A stretch of DNA of 64,000 bases from assembly GCA_038213435.1 (NCBI GenBank), contig JBBQTI010000001.1, positions 56,295-120,294 on the forward strand, read 5' to 3'. The translations under genes and the position numbers were made by a program. Source of the stretch: Acidimicrobiia bacterium (GTDB lineage: Bacteria; Actinomycetota; Acidimicrobiia; IMCC26256; PALSA-610). Of the stretch, positions 11,005-18,745 are shown in pieces. Below the pieces are notes generated by a model that was not told where the DNA came from, ran no database searches, and saw nothing but the letters and a program-made list of their open reading frames with translations. How positions within the stretch are numbered: the stretch's first letter is position 1; every line of letters begins with the position of its first letter.

Positions 11005-11041
11005 ACGGGCGGGTGCCACCGATCGCCGGGTCGTGGGCGAT

Positions 11042-12010
11042 CTATAGCTGGAACTTTGCGCCCTCGGTGAGCGCTTCTCGCGTCTCGGCGACAAGTGCGC
11101 GGACGATCTCGCCCACAGGTTCGACGCGTCGGATGAGGCCCGCGCTCTGACCGCCGACGACGAAAAGTGCTTCTCGGTCGCCAGCCGCGACCGCTTCCGC
11201 GATTTCGGCCATTACCGGTCCCGGGTCGACCTCGACCTCGATTGTTCGCTCCTCCCAGCGTTGGACGAACTCGGTGCGCAGGAGCCGTAAGCGTGTCCGG
11301 TATCCGAGTGTCCCGGGTTTGGGGTTCATCGCGTTGATGAACCCGGCTTGGATCCAGTCTTCGGACGGGTAGGTCACCAGGGCCTTCTTCCAGCGTTCTC
11401 CGACAGGTGACTCGGCGGAGGCGAGGAAACGACTGCCGAGGTTGACGCCGGCTGCGCCGAGCATCACGGCGGCGGCGATGCCTCTCCCGTCGGCGATGCC
11501 GCCCGCGGCGACGACCGGGACCGGGCGTACCGCGTCGACGACCTGCGGTACCAGACTCAGGGTGCTCACGGTACCGCCGTAGCCGCCGGCTTCACCGCCT
11601 TGGGCGACGATGATGTCGGCGCCGTGTTCGACTGCGAGCTGCGCCTGCTGCACCGTCGCGATCTGTTGCATGACGAGGCTGCCGGCGTCGTGCACACGTC
11701 CGATGAGGTCCGCGCCCGCGTCGTCGAGCGCGAACGACACGACGGCGGGAGCACGCTGGAGCGTCGCCGCGAACGCGTCTGCGTCGAGATCCGGGACGAC
11801 GTGATTCACCGCGAAAGGATCGTCCGTCAGATCGTAAAGCTCGGCGAGCTCGTGGCGAAGTTGGTCGGTTGGACGGTTCCAGGCGCCGAGACTGCCGAGC
11901 GCGCCGGCGTCGGAGACCGCGGCCGCCAGCCCAGGTGACGTGAAGATGCTCATCCCCGCTTGGATGATCGGAACCTCGATGCCGATCAGGTCACACAATG
12001 GCGAACGCAC
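11042..12010 (-). CDS. Nitronate monooxygenase / 2-nitropropane dioxygenase-family flavoprotein
   Basis: PIIQAGM, AAAVSDAGALG, IVAQGGEAGGY, VVAAGGIADGRG, GVNLGSRF, GQSAGLI; start 12010 chosen from upstream GGAGG. Confidence 0.9.
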   Translation of the reverse strand: MRSPLCDLIGIEVPIIQAGMSIFTSPGLAAAVSDAGALGSLGAWNRPTDQLRHELAELYDLTDDPFAVNHVVPDLDADAFAATLQRAPAVVSFALDDAGADLIGRVHDAGSLVMQQIATVQQAQLAVEHGADIIVAQGGEAGGYGGTVSTLSLVPQVVDAVRPVPVVAAGGIADGRGIAAAVMLGAAGVNLGSRFLASAESPVGERWKKALVTYPSEDWIQAGFINAMNPKPGTLGYRTRLRLLRTEFVQRWEERTIEVEVDPGPVMAEIAEAVAAGDREALFVVGGQSAGLIRRVEPVGEIVRALVAETREALTEGAKFQL

Positions 12011-12548
12011 CCCGACCACCTCCGTCGAGACGGTAGTTGCCGCCGACGCAACACAGCTCACCGACCGCCCACACACGATTCGTCAGCGGTATCTCACTTT
12101 GCGCCTCCCAGAACCCCGGGCACCGACTGCCCCAGACCGCCGGCGCCGGGGCGCGCTATTCGACTTGGCGGCCGCCGGTTCTTGCTCTCGCGAACTCGGG
12201 CAGATTGGCGCTTCGCGCGCCGGGGGGGGGGCCAATCGGCTGATCGGCGGTGAGAACGGCTGAGGTTGCGGGTGGCCGGGGCTTGGGGGCGGTGCGTTCG
12301 CGCCCGATCGCCGGACCACTTCTTTCAGTACCAGTCGAGTGGTCGGAGGGGGTGTCGGGAGCGGGATGGCATGTGCGTGTGCGCTCCCGCCGACCTCTGA
12401 TCGTCGCAGCGCTGTTCGCGACGAGCTGCGTTGCGTTGATGCTGGACCACGCACGGATGCTGTGACTGTCCCGCGTCATGCCGAGTACCAACCTGTCCGG
12501 TCGAGCGCTGCGCTCCGAGTGCGGCGATGTTGTTATTGTGCGCCGTTG

Positions 12549-13676
12549 GTGACGCAGCACGTGGTCGTTCTCGGTGCGGGATTCGGTGGTCTCGAACTCG
12601 TGACCCGATTGTCGGAGTCGTCCGTGCCGGTGAGCGTGACTCTGATCGACAAGAGCGACGCATTCATGTTCGGCTTCTCGAAGCTCGACGTCATGTTCGG
12701 TCGCGAACAGACCGCCGAGGCCTGGCATTCGTATACCACCATAGACAAGCCGGGAGTCGAGTTCCGCCAAGAGACGGTGTTGTCGATCGATCCTGAGAAC
12801 AAACGCGTTGTCACCGATGTCGCAACCTACGACGCGGACGTCCTCGTGATCGCGCTCGGCGCGGACTACGCCCCTGAATCAACTCCGGGCCTCGCGGAGG
12901 ACGGTTACGAGTTCTATTCAATCGCAGGGGCCGAACGAGCCCGCGACGCGTTGGCGAACTTCGGTGGCGGCCGGATCGTCGTCGCCGTGCTCGGACCGGT
13001 ATTCAAGTGCCCCGGCGCGCCGAACGAAGCCGCGCTCATGGTGCACGACTACCTCGCGCGGCGCGAGCTGCGAGACGGCTCCACCATTCACCTCGTGACG
13101 CCCATGCCCGCACCAATTCCGATCTCGCAGCGAACTTCCGATGCCATCGTGCACATCCTCGAAACGCACGGCGTCGAATATTGGCCTTCGTCGCTTATCA
13201 CGAGTCTCGACCCGACGACCCACGTCGCGCACCTCGGCGACGGTCGCCAGTTGCCGTACGACCTGTTCTTGGCGATACCCGTGCACTGCGCGCCGGTCGT
13301 CGCCACCGAGAGCGCACTCGCCGAAGACGGATGGATTCCCGTCGATCCAGCCACCTTCGCCACCAAGTTCCCGGGTGTCTTTGCGATCGGCGACGTGACC
13401 AGTGCGCCGGTACCGCGCGCCGGCGGAATCGCTGAAGGCGAAGCGGCGACCGTCGCCGATGTGCTCATCGCCCAGTTCACCGGCACCGCGCCGCCACAGC
13501 CGTACGACGGCGCTTCCGGATGTTACGTGGAGCTCGGCGACGACCTCGTAGGCCGTATTGACGTCAACTTCCTCTCCTACGATATGCCCGTCGCCAAGTT
13601 CACCCCGCCCGACGCAGCGCTCGCAGCAGAGAAGCGCGAGTGGGGAGCGACGCGCCGGGCTCGCTGGTTCGGGTAG
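12549..13676 (+). CDS. FAD-dependent oxidoreductase, sulfide:quinone oxidoreductase-like
   Basis: VVVLGAGFGG, YDADVLVIALGA, FKCPGAPNE, VFAIGD, CYVELG; two SQR/FCSD-like cysteines. Confidence 0.8.
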   Translation: MTQHVVVLGAGFGGLELVTRLSESSVPVSVTLIDKSDAFMFGFSKLDVMFGREQTAEAWHSYTTIDKPGVEFRQETVLSIDPENKRVVTDVATYDADVLVIALGADYAPESTPGLAEDGYEFYSIAGAERARDALANFGGGRIVVAVLGPVFKCPGAPNEAALMVHDYLARRELRDGSTIHLVTPMPAPIPISQRTSDAIVHILETHGVEYWPSSLITSLDPTTHVAHLGDGRQLPYDLFLAIPVHCAPVVATESALAEDGWIPVDPATFATKFPGVFAIGDVTSAPVPRAGGIAEGEAATVADVLIAQFTGTAPPQPYDGASGCYVELGDDLVGRIDVNFLSYDMPVAKFTPPDAALAAEKREWGATRRARWFG

Positions 13677-13828
13677 CGCGGCTCTCGGGTACCCATCCAG
13701 CCCGAACGCGAGCCATGCGACTTCAGCCGCGTGCGAAGCGCTAGCAACCTTCGCCACCCGCACTGGCGAATAGCTCATCCAAGACCGCTAGCGCCGCAAC
13801 AAGACGCGTTTCGGACGGGTCCGCGTCA

Positions 13829-14067
13829 TCACAGCACGCAACCTCGCACAAATGCCCGCTCGGCGCTCGTTGCCACCGTCGGACGACACCGATCCGGCTG
13901 ACGTCCCCGCGCCAGAAGTGTGTCGATCTCATCTTCGGTCAGCCGCCGTTGCACCTGCCGAGGCCGCCGGATCCGGGCCCCGACAGGCCCTCCACCGCGG
14001 TCCGCGGCCTCCGAACGGAGGAGCGAGAGCACCCCGTCAGGTTTGAGAACAGTCGCATTAGGTCCAC
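13829..14067 (-). pseudogene. Degenerate small helix-turn-helix protein of actinobacterial island type
   Basis: VDLMRLFSNLTG (from GTG 14067) joins, via a frameshift at a G-run, VLSLLRSE...RPRQVQRRLTEDEIDTLLAR...RPTVA; the HTH core appears partly deleted. Confidence 0.45.
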
Positions 14068-14075
14068 TGGGTCTG

Positions 14076-14483
14076 TTACTGCTGCGACTGCTGCCGCGAC
14101 AAATCGCGCGTCAACGAGAGAGCAGGCGGCAGCGGGATGCCGGGACAGACGCAGAACTCGTTGCCTTCCGGGTCGGCCATGGCGATCCAGCCGGGGTCGG
14201 GTCCTTGGCCGATGTCGATGCGTCGAGCACCGAGTTGCTCGAGTCGTTTGGCTTCGGTCTCGATGTCGGCGACGCGTACGTCGAAGTGGATGCGAGCCTT
14301 GGTCGTCTTCGGCTCCGGGACACGTTGCAGGATTACGGGCGGGTGTTCCCGGGTCGGCGCGAGCAAGACGTAGTACGGGTCGAACATGCCGGCTTTGGTG
14401 TAGCCGAGCGCTTCCGCCCAGAACTCGGCGAGCGTCTCGGGGTCGGCGCAGTCGATGACGATGTCGATGTTGGGCTCAGCCAT
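14076..14483 (-). CDS. VOC/glyoxalase-like family protein
   Basis: IVIDCADPETLAEFWAEALGY, LQRVPEPKTTKARIHFDV, MADPEGNEFCV; GGAGG upstream. Confidence 0.9.
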   Translation of the reverse strand: MAEPNIDIVIDCADPETLAEFWAEALGYTKAGMFDPYYVLLAPTREHPPVILQRVPEPKTTKARIHFDVRVADIETEAKRLEQLGARRIDIGQGPDPGWIAMADPEGNEFCVCPGIPLPPALSLTRDLSRQQSQQ

Positions 14484-14525
14484 GATGACCTCCAACCATA
14501 TTGAACTGCAAGCGGTCGTCGATTG

Positions 14526-15407
14526 TCAGGCCGCGGCCATGTCGGCCAGCACTTGGGACAGTGGGGTGCACGGGACGTCCGGGAACCTGCGGCGTAGGTC
14601 CGCGGCGTCGAAGGTGAGATCGGTGTGGTCCATGACGAGCGCGGCGCGCGCCTGCCGGCCGAGCTGGGGATTCGTGCGGCCGATGGTGTTGGCCATGGCG
14701 CGCAACATCAGCGGCGGCACGTGGCGCGGCGCTCCCCCACGTCCGGTGGCATTCTGCATCGCGCGCGCGAGTTCGTTGAACGTGAGGTTTTCGGGTCCGC
14801 CGATCTCGAGCGTCCCGCCGCGACTCGTTCGGTCGGTGACGACGCGCTCGACGAGCGCGGCGACGTCGGTGACGGAGACGAAATTGATCGCGTTGTCGCC
14901 GCGTCCGAAGACCAGGGGACGCCCCGAGCGGCCCGCGGTCTTTCGAAGAATCTCGATCCACAGTTCGAGGAACGCGGTCGCACGGACGATCGTCGTGGGA
15001 ACACCACTGGTGATCGCGTGTTGTTCGGCGGCGCGCTTCATACGGAACAGCTCCAGGGGGCTGTCGGCGGCGGCGCCGACCGTCGACATCAACACGAGAT
15101 CGGCACCCGCGGCCTTGGTCGCGTCGATGAGGTTGACGTTGCCGTCTCGGTCGACGGTTGCGGGTGAACTGCCCCGCGGCCCAGTGAAGCCGTGCATCGC
15201 GGAGACAACAACGGCGATCCCATCGGTCGCGCGCCGGAGGCTTCGCGGGTCGCGCACGTCGCCGGTGACGACGTCAACGTGCCGGCCGCCGAGGTGATCC
15301 GCCCGAGACGGGTCACGGGTGAGGACGCGGACCTGGATGCCGCGATCGCCCAGGCGATTGACGACGATGGTGCCGAGCCGGCCGGTTCCACCGGCGAGGA
15401 GAATCAC
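14526..15407 (-). CDS. NAD(P)H-binding atypical SDR (NmrA/NDUFA9-like)
   Basis: ILLAGGTGRLG, VVTGDVRD, DRDGNVNLIDA, NFVSVTDVA, EIGGPE; GTGA overlap with upstream gene. Confidence 0.85.
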   Translation of the reverse strand: MILLAGGTGRLGTIVVNRLGDRGIQVRVLTRDPSRADHLGGRHVDVVTGDVRDPRSLRRATDGIAVVVSAMHGFTGPRGSSPATVDRDGNVNLIDATKAAGADLVLMSTVGAAADSPLELFRMKRAAEQHAITSGVPTTIVRATAFLELWIEILRKTAGRSGRPLVFGRGDNAINFVSVTDVAALVERVVTDRTSRGGTLEIGGPENLTFNELARAMQNATGRGGAPRHVPPLMLRAMANTIGRTNPQLGRQARAALVMDHTDLTFDAADLRRRFPDVPCTPLSQVLADMAAA

Positions 15408-15838
15408 GAAGCACGGCCCGGAGCGACCTGGCGCCGGACGGCCTCGTCGACCGACCCGGCGGCGAGTTGGACGGGCTCGAGATAGAAGCGGGCCCACGCG
15501 GCAACGCCGCCGGTCACGCCGAAGATCACGACGCCGCGCATGACGTGAGCGGAACCGTCGGGACGGGTGCCCCGATGCTCCCACTCGGTCCAAACGGTGT
15601 CACCGTCGTCGGTGCAGCGGAGTACGTCGGTCGTGAGGTCCGGTATTGCCACGAAGATCTGCGTCCAATTCTTGCGGACCTGCTCGCGGCCCACGAAGCC
15701 GCGCTCGGGATGCGCCGGGGTCTCGTTGCGGTAGTCGGGCGCGAAGCACGCGACCAGCGCCTCGAGGTCGTGGTCGTTGGTGGCCTTCCGGAGGCGCTCG
15801 ACCAGGTCCGCCGCGTCGTTGTGTCCGGTGGTTTGCAT
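15404..15838 (-). CDS. SnoaL-like / NTF2-family protein
   Basis: NDHDLEALVACFAPDY, FVGREQVRKNWTQIF, VWTEWEHRG, RGVVIFGV; 144 aa. Confidence 0.85.
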   Translation of the reverse strand: MQTTGHNDAADLVERLRKATNDHDLEALVACFAPDYRNETPAHPERGFVGREQVRKNWTQIFVAIPDLTTDVLRCTDDGDTVWTEWEHRGTRPDGSAHVMRGVVIFGVTGGVAAWARFYLEPVQLAAGSVDEAVRRQVAPGRAS

Positions 15839-15861
15839 CGAAGGTCCCCCGCTCGTGCTTT

Positions 15862-15900
15862 GGTTCCTCTATACTAGAATGACTCTATCACTATGGAACC
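15862..15900. promoter_or_regulatory. Divergent promoter/operator region between SnoaL operon and TetR
   Basis: AT-rich; TATACT/TAGAAT -10-like hexamers; imperfect palindrome TAGA-ATGAC-TCTA flanked by GGTTCC...GGAACC. Confidence 0.55.
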
Positions 15901-16555
15901 AAAGCGATCTCCGGTCAAGCGAAAACGCGCGTACGACTCGACCCGGCGCCGCGAACAGGCGCGCCAGACTCGCGACGCCATCCTTGATTCCGCTCAACGG
16001 ATGTTCCTACGCGACGGCTTCGCGCCAACGACCATCGCTGCCATCGCCGCGGACGCCGCGGTGTCGCCCGACACCATCTACAAGACCTTCGCCGGAAAGG
16101 CCGGACTCGTACGGGCAATTTGCGAGCGGGCCCTGGCCGGCGCCGGACCCATTCCCGCGGAAACCCGTTCGGACGCGCTACAGGCGGACGAACCCGACCC
16201 CCGCAAGATCATCCGCGGCTGGGGCGCCCTCACCATCGAGGTCGCGCCCCGCGTGGCACCAATCCTGCTTCTCGTACGGGCCGCCGGAGCATCAGATCCC
16301 GAGATGGCCGCGCTCTATACCGAAATGGGCACCCAACGGCTCGTGCGGATGACCCACAATGCGCGCAATCTCGACGCCGCCGGTCACCTGCGCGAGGGGC
16401 TCACGGTCGAACACGCCGGCGAGCTCCTTTGGACGTATAGCTCCCCCGAGCTCTTCGAGCTCCTCGTCCTCAACCGCAGCTGGCCTCTCGACCGCTACGC
16501 CGCGTTTATCAGCGAAGCCACGATCGGCACGCTCCTGCCGTCACCGAACGGATAG
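15893..16555 (+). CDS. TetR/AcrR-family transcriptional regulator
   Basis: RRREQARQTRDAILDSAQRMFLRDGFAPTTIAAIAADAAVSPDTIYKTFAGKAGL. Confidence 0.93.
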   Translation: MEPKRSPVKRKRAYDSTRRREQARQTRDAILDSAQRMFLRDGFAPTTIAAIAADAAVSPDTIYKTFAGKAGLVRAICERALAGAGPIPAETRSDALQADEPDPRKIIRGWGALTIEVAPRVAPILLLVRAAGASDPEMAALYTEMGTQRLVRMTHNARNLDAAGHLREGLTVEHAGELLWTYSSPELFELLVLNRSWPLDRYAAFISEATIGTLLPSPNG

Positions 16556-16682
16556 AAGCGTTTGGCTCGACCGCGCGTCGGGAAGCACAGCCGCGGGAGT
16601 TGTGACGACGCCGGCCCGGTTTACATCGGACGTGATGGACATGACCACGCGAGCTGAGCACTCCTCAGAGGAAGGACGAACG

Positions 16683-17660
16683 ATGCGACTCGGCGTTGCC
16701 TTTTCGAGTGAGGAACTCGGCCCGAACGAGATCGTCCGGTATGCCGCGCGAGCGGAGGAAGCCGGCTTCGGTACCGGATGGGTGAGCGACCATTTTCATC
16801 CGTGGATCGACGCGCAGGGCAGTTCGCCGTTCGTGTGGTCGGTCCTGGGCGGCGTCGCCCACGCGACCGAGACGATGCGCTTCGGTACCGGCGTGACGTG
16901 TCCGACGGTGCGCATCCATCCGGCCGTCATCTCGCAGGCGGCCGCGACCGCGCAGTGCATGTTCGACGGACGCTTCTGGCTCGGCGTGGGCAGCGGTGAA
17001 GCCCTGAACGAGCACATCGTCGGCGCGCGGTGGCAGGAGGCAATGGTGCGGTTGGAGATGCTCGAAGAGGCGATCGAGATCATTCGGATGCTCTGGCAGG
17101 GCGACCAGCAAAGCCACTACGGAGAGCACTTCACGGTCGAGAACGCGCGTATCTACACGTTGCCCGCAACGCTCCCGCCGATCATCGTGTCTGCGTTCGG
17201 GGCGGCGTCGGTTGCGCTCGCCGCGCGTTGTGGTGACGGACTTGTGAGCACCAAGCCCGACGCCGAGCTGCTACGGCAATACGAGCAGCGGGGCGGCCGC
17301 GGCCCGAAGCTGGCGCAACTCAAGGTCGTTTGGGCCGACTCGGTACGCGAGGCCGAAGACCTCGCGTACACGCTGTGGCCGACATCTGGGCTCGAGGGCG
17401 AGCTGAGCCAGCTCCTGCCGACGCCCGCACACTTCGAACAAGCAGTCGCACCGCTACATCGCGAAGATGTCGTCGGAGCATTCCCGTGCGGACCCGACCC
17501 GCAGAAGCACATCGACGCGATAAAGCGATACCGCGACGTCGGCTACGACGAGATCTACATTACGCAGATCGGACCACATCAAGAAGGCTTCCTGCGTTTC
17601 TATGAACGCGAGATACTCCCTTCGTTTCGCGAGGACATCACACAAGCGAAGGCGTCATGA
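16683..17660 (+). CDS. LLM-class F420-dependent oxidoreductase (TIGR03557/G6PDH-F420-like)
   Basis: EAGFGTGWVSDHFHPW, SPFVWSVLGG, GTGVTCPT, LGVGSGEALNEH, CGPDPQKH. Confidence 0.9.
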   Translation: MRLGVAFSSEELGPNEIVRYAARAEEAGFGTGWVSDHFHPWIDAQGSSPFVWSVLGGVAHATETMRFGTGVTCPTVRIHPAVISQAAATAQCMFDGRFWLGVGSGEALNEHIVGARWQEAMVRLEMLEEAIEIIRMLWQGDQQSHYGEHFTVENARIYTLPATLPPIIVSAFGAASVALAARCGDGLVSTKPDAELLRQYEQRGGRGPKLAQLKVVWADSVREAEDLAYTLWPTSGLEGELSQLLPTPAHFEQAVAPLHREDVVGAFPCGPDPQKHIDAIKRYRDVGYDEIYITQIGPHQEGFLRFYEREILPSFREDITQAKAS

Positions 17661-17781
17661 GCGGCTTCGCGCCGAGCGGATTTACTCTACGAGCCTTGAC
17701 TCACGGGCGGGAAGGCGACCGCCGGGAAACGCTGAGGCAATCGTCCTGCGTTGTGCGCGCCACTGCGACTCGGGGAGATTC

Positions 17782-17973
17782 ATGGGAAGGTTGAGCAAGG
17801 TCTGGACTCGCATGAAAGCAAAGGCGACCAGACCGATCGCGGACGCCGCCGGTGATCGTCGATCCGAGGCGAAAGCCGTCCTCGAAACGCACACGGGTCA
17901 CAAGCCCGATGAGCACGAGTTGGACGCCGTCGAAGACGAAACTCGCCGTCGGCACGGCGACATCCAGAGCTGA
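17782..17973 (+). CDS. Small hydrophilic hypothetical protein (63 aa, weakly CsbD-like)
   Basis: MGRLSKVWTRMKAKATRPIADAAGDRRSEAKA...; GGGGAG RBS; sits directly before udgX. Confidence 0.6.
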   Translation: MGRLSKVWTRMKAKATRPIADAAGDRRSEAKAVLETHTGHKPDEHELDAVEDETRRRHGDIQS

Positions 17974-17979
17974 GTCGCC

Positions 17980-18467
17980 GTGACCAGACCGGCGGCCCGC
18001 GGCGACGCGTCGGCGACGCTCGACGAGGCACGCGCCGAAGCCCGCGCGTGCAAGGACTGTGATCTCTGGGAGCACGCCACGCGAACCGTCTTCGGCGAAG
18101 GGCCGGTGCCCACGTCGCTCATGTTGATTGGCGGGGCCGCAACGGCAAGGTCCGACTGCACAAGACTCCGACGCGCGCCGAGGTGGGCGCGTGCCGGTGG
18201 TGGGAGCGGGAGCTACAGATCGTGCAGCCCACAGTTCTCGGCTTGCTGGGCGCGACGGCCGCACAAGCCGTCCTCGGCCCTGCCTTTCGCGTGTCCAAGC
18301 AAGGGGCCGAGCCGTTCGAGTTGGCCTCGGGAGTCATCGCGGTCGCGACCATCCATCCGTCGGCCGTACTGCGGGCACGAGATGAACGCGCCGAGGTCTA
18401 CGCCGGATTCGTGAGCGATCTCGAGACCATCGCCTCCCATGCGCGGGCAGCGCGGCATCGAAGCTGA
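17980..18467 (+). pseudogene. Family-4/UdgX-type uracil-DNA glycosylase with internal deletion and frameshift
   Basis: CKDCDLWEHATRTVFGEG..MLIG in one frame, then RNGKVRLHKTPTRAEVGACRWWERE..LGATAA..TIHPSAVLR in another; the GEQPG...TNAVKHF segment is absent. Confidence 0.85.
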
Positions 18468-18472
18468 GGCGC

Positions 18473-18640
18473 ATGCTCCGAATAGGAACGTCGGGTTGGC
18501 AGTACCGCGACTGGCGTGATCGCTTCTATCCACGCCATATCCCCGCTTCCCGTTGGCTGGAGCACTACGCGACCCGCTTCGACACCGTCGAGGTCAACAA
18601 CACGTTCTACCGACTACCCGCCCCGAAGACAGTCATCACG
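18473..18640 (+). pseudogene. DUF72-family protein, N-terminal fragment only
   Basis: IGTSGWQYRDWRDRFYP...HYATRFDTVEVNNTFYRLP; similarity ends after ~54 aa but the frame stays open into the CYTH-CHAD gene. Confidence 0.8.
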
Positions 18641-18745
18641 ACGTGCGATTCCATCAATTGGCGCCGGATGGGTCACCGCGCGCCGAGCGCACCGCTTGAC
18701 ACCGTTCGAGGAAACGGCTCGACTCGAGCGAGGAGTAGACGCGTT

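Noticed and set aside
17657-17794. 45-codon ORF overlapping the LLM gene stop (ATGA)
   Set aside because: No recognisable motif, and it overlaps the better-supported 17782 ORF in another frame.
18427-18437. CCATCGCCTCC, an 11-nt match to the tRNA-Ala 3' end (possible attR)
   Set aside because: It lies inside udgX coding sequence (ETIASH); it is short and GC-rich, and a similar match occurs near 61418, so chance is likely.
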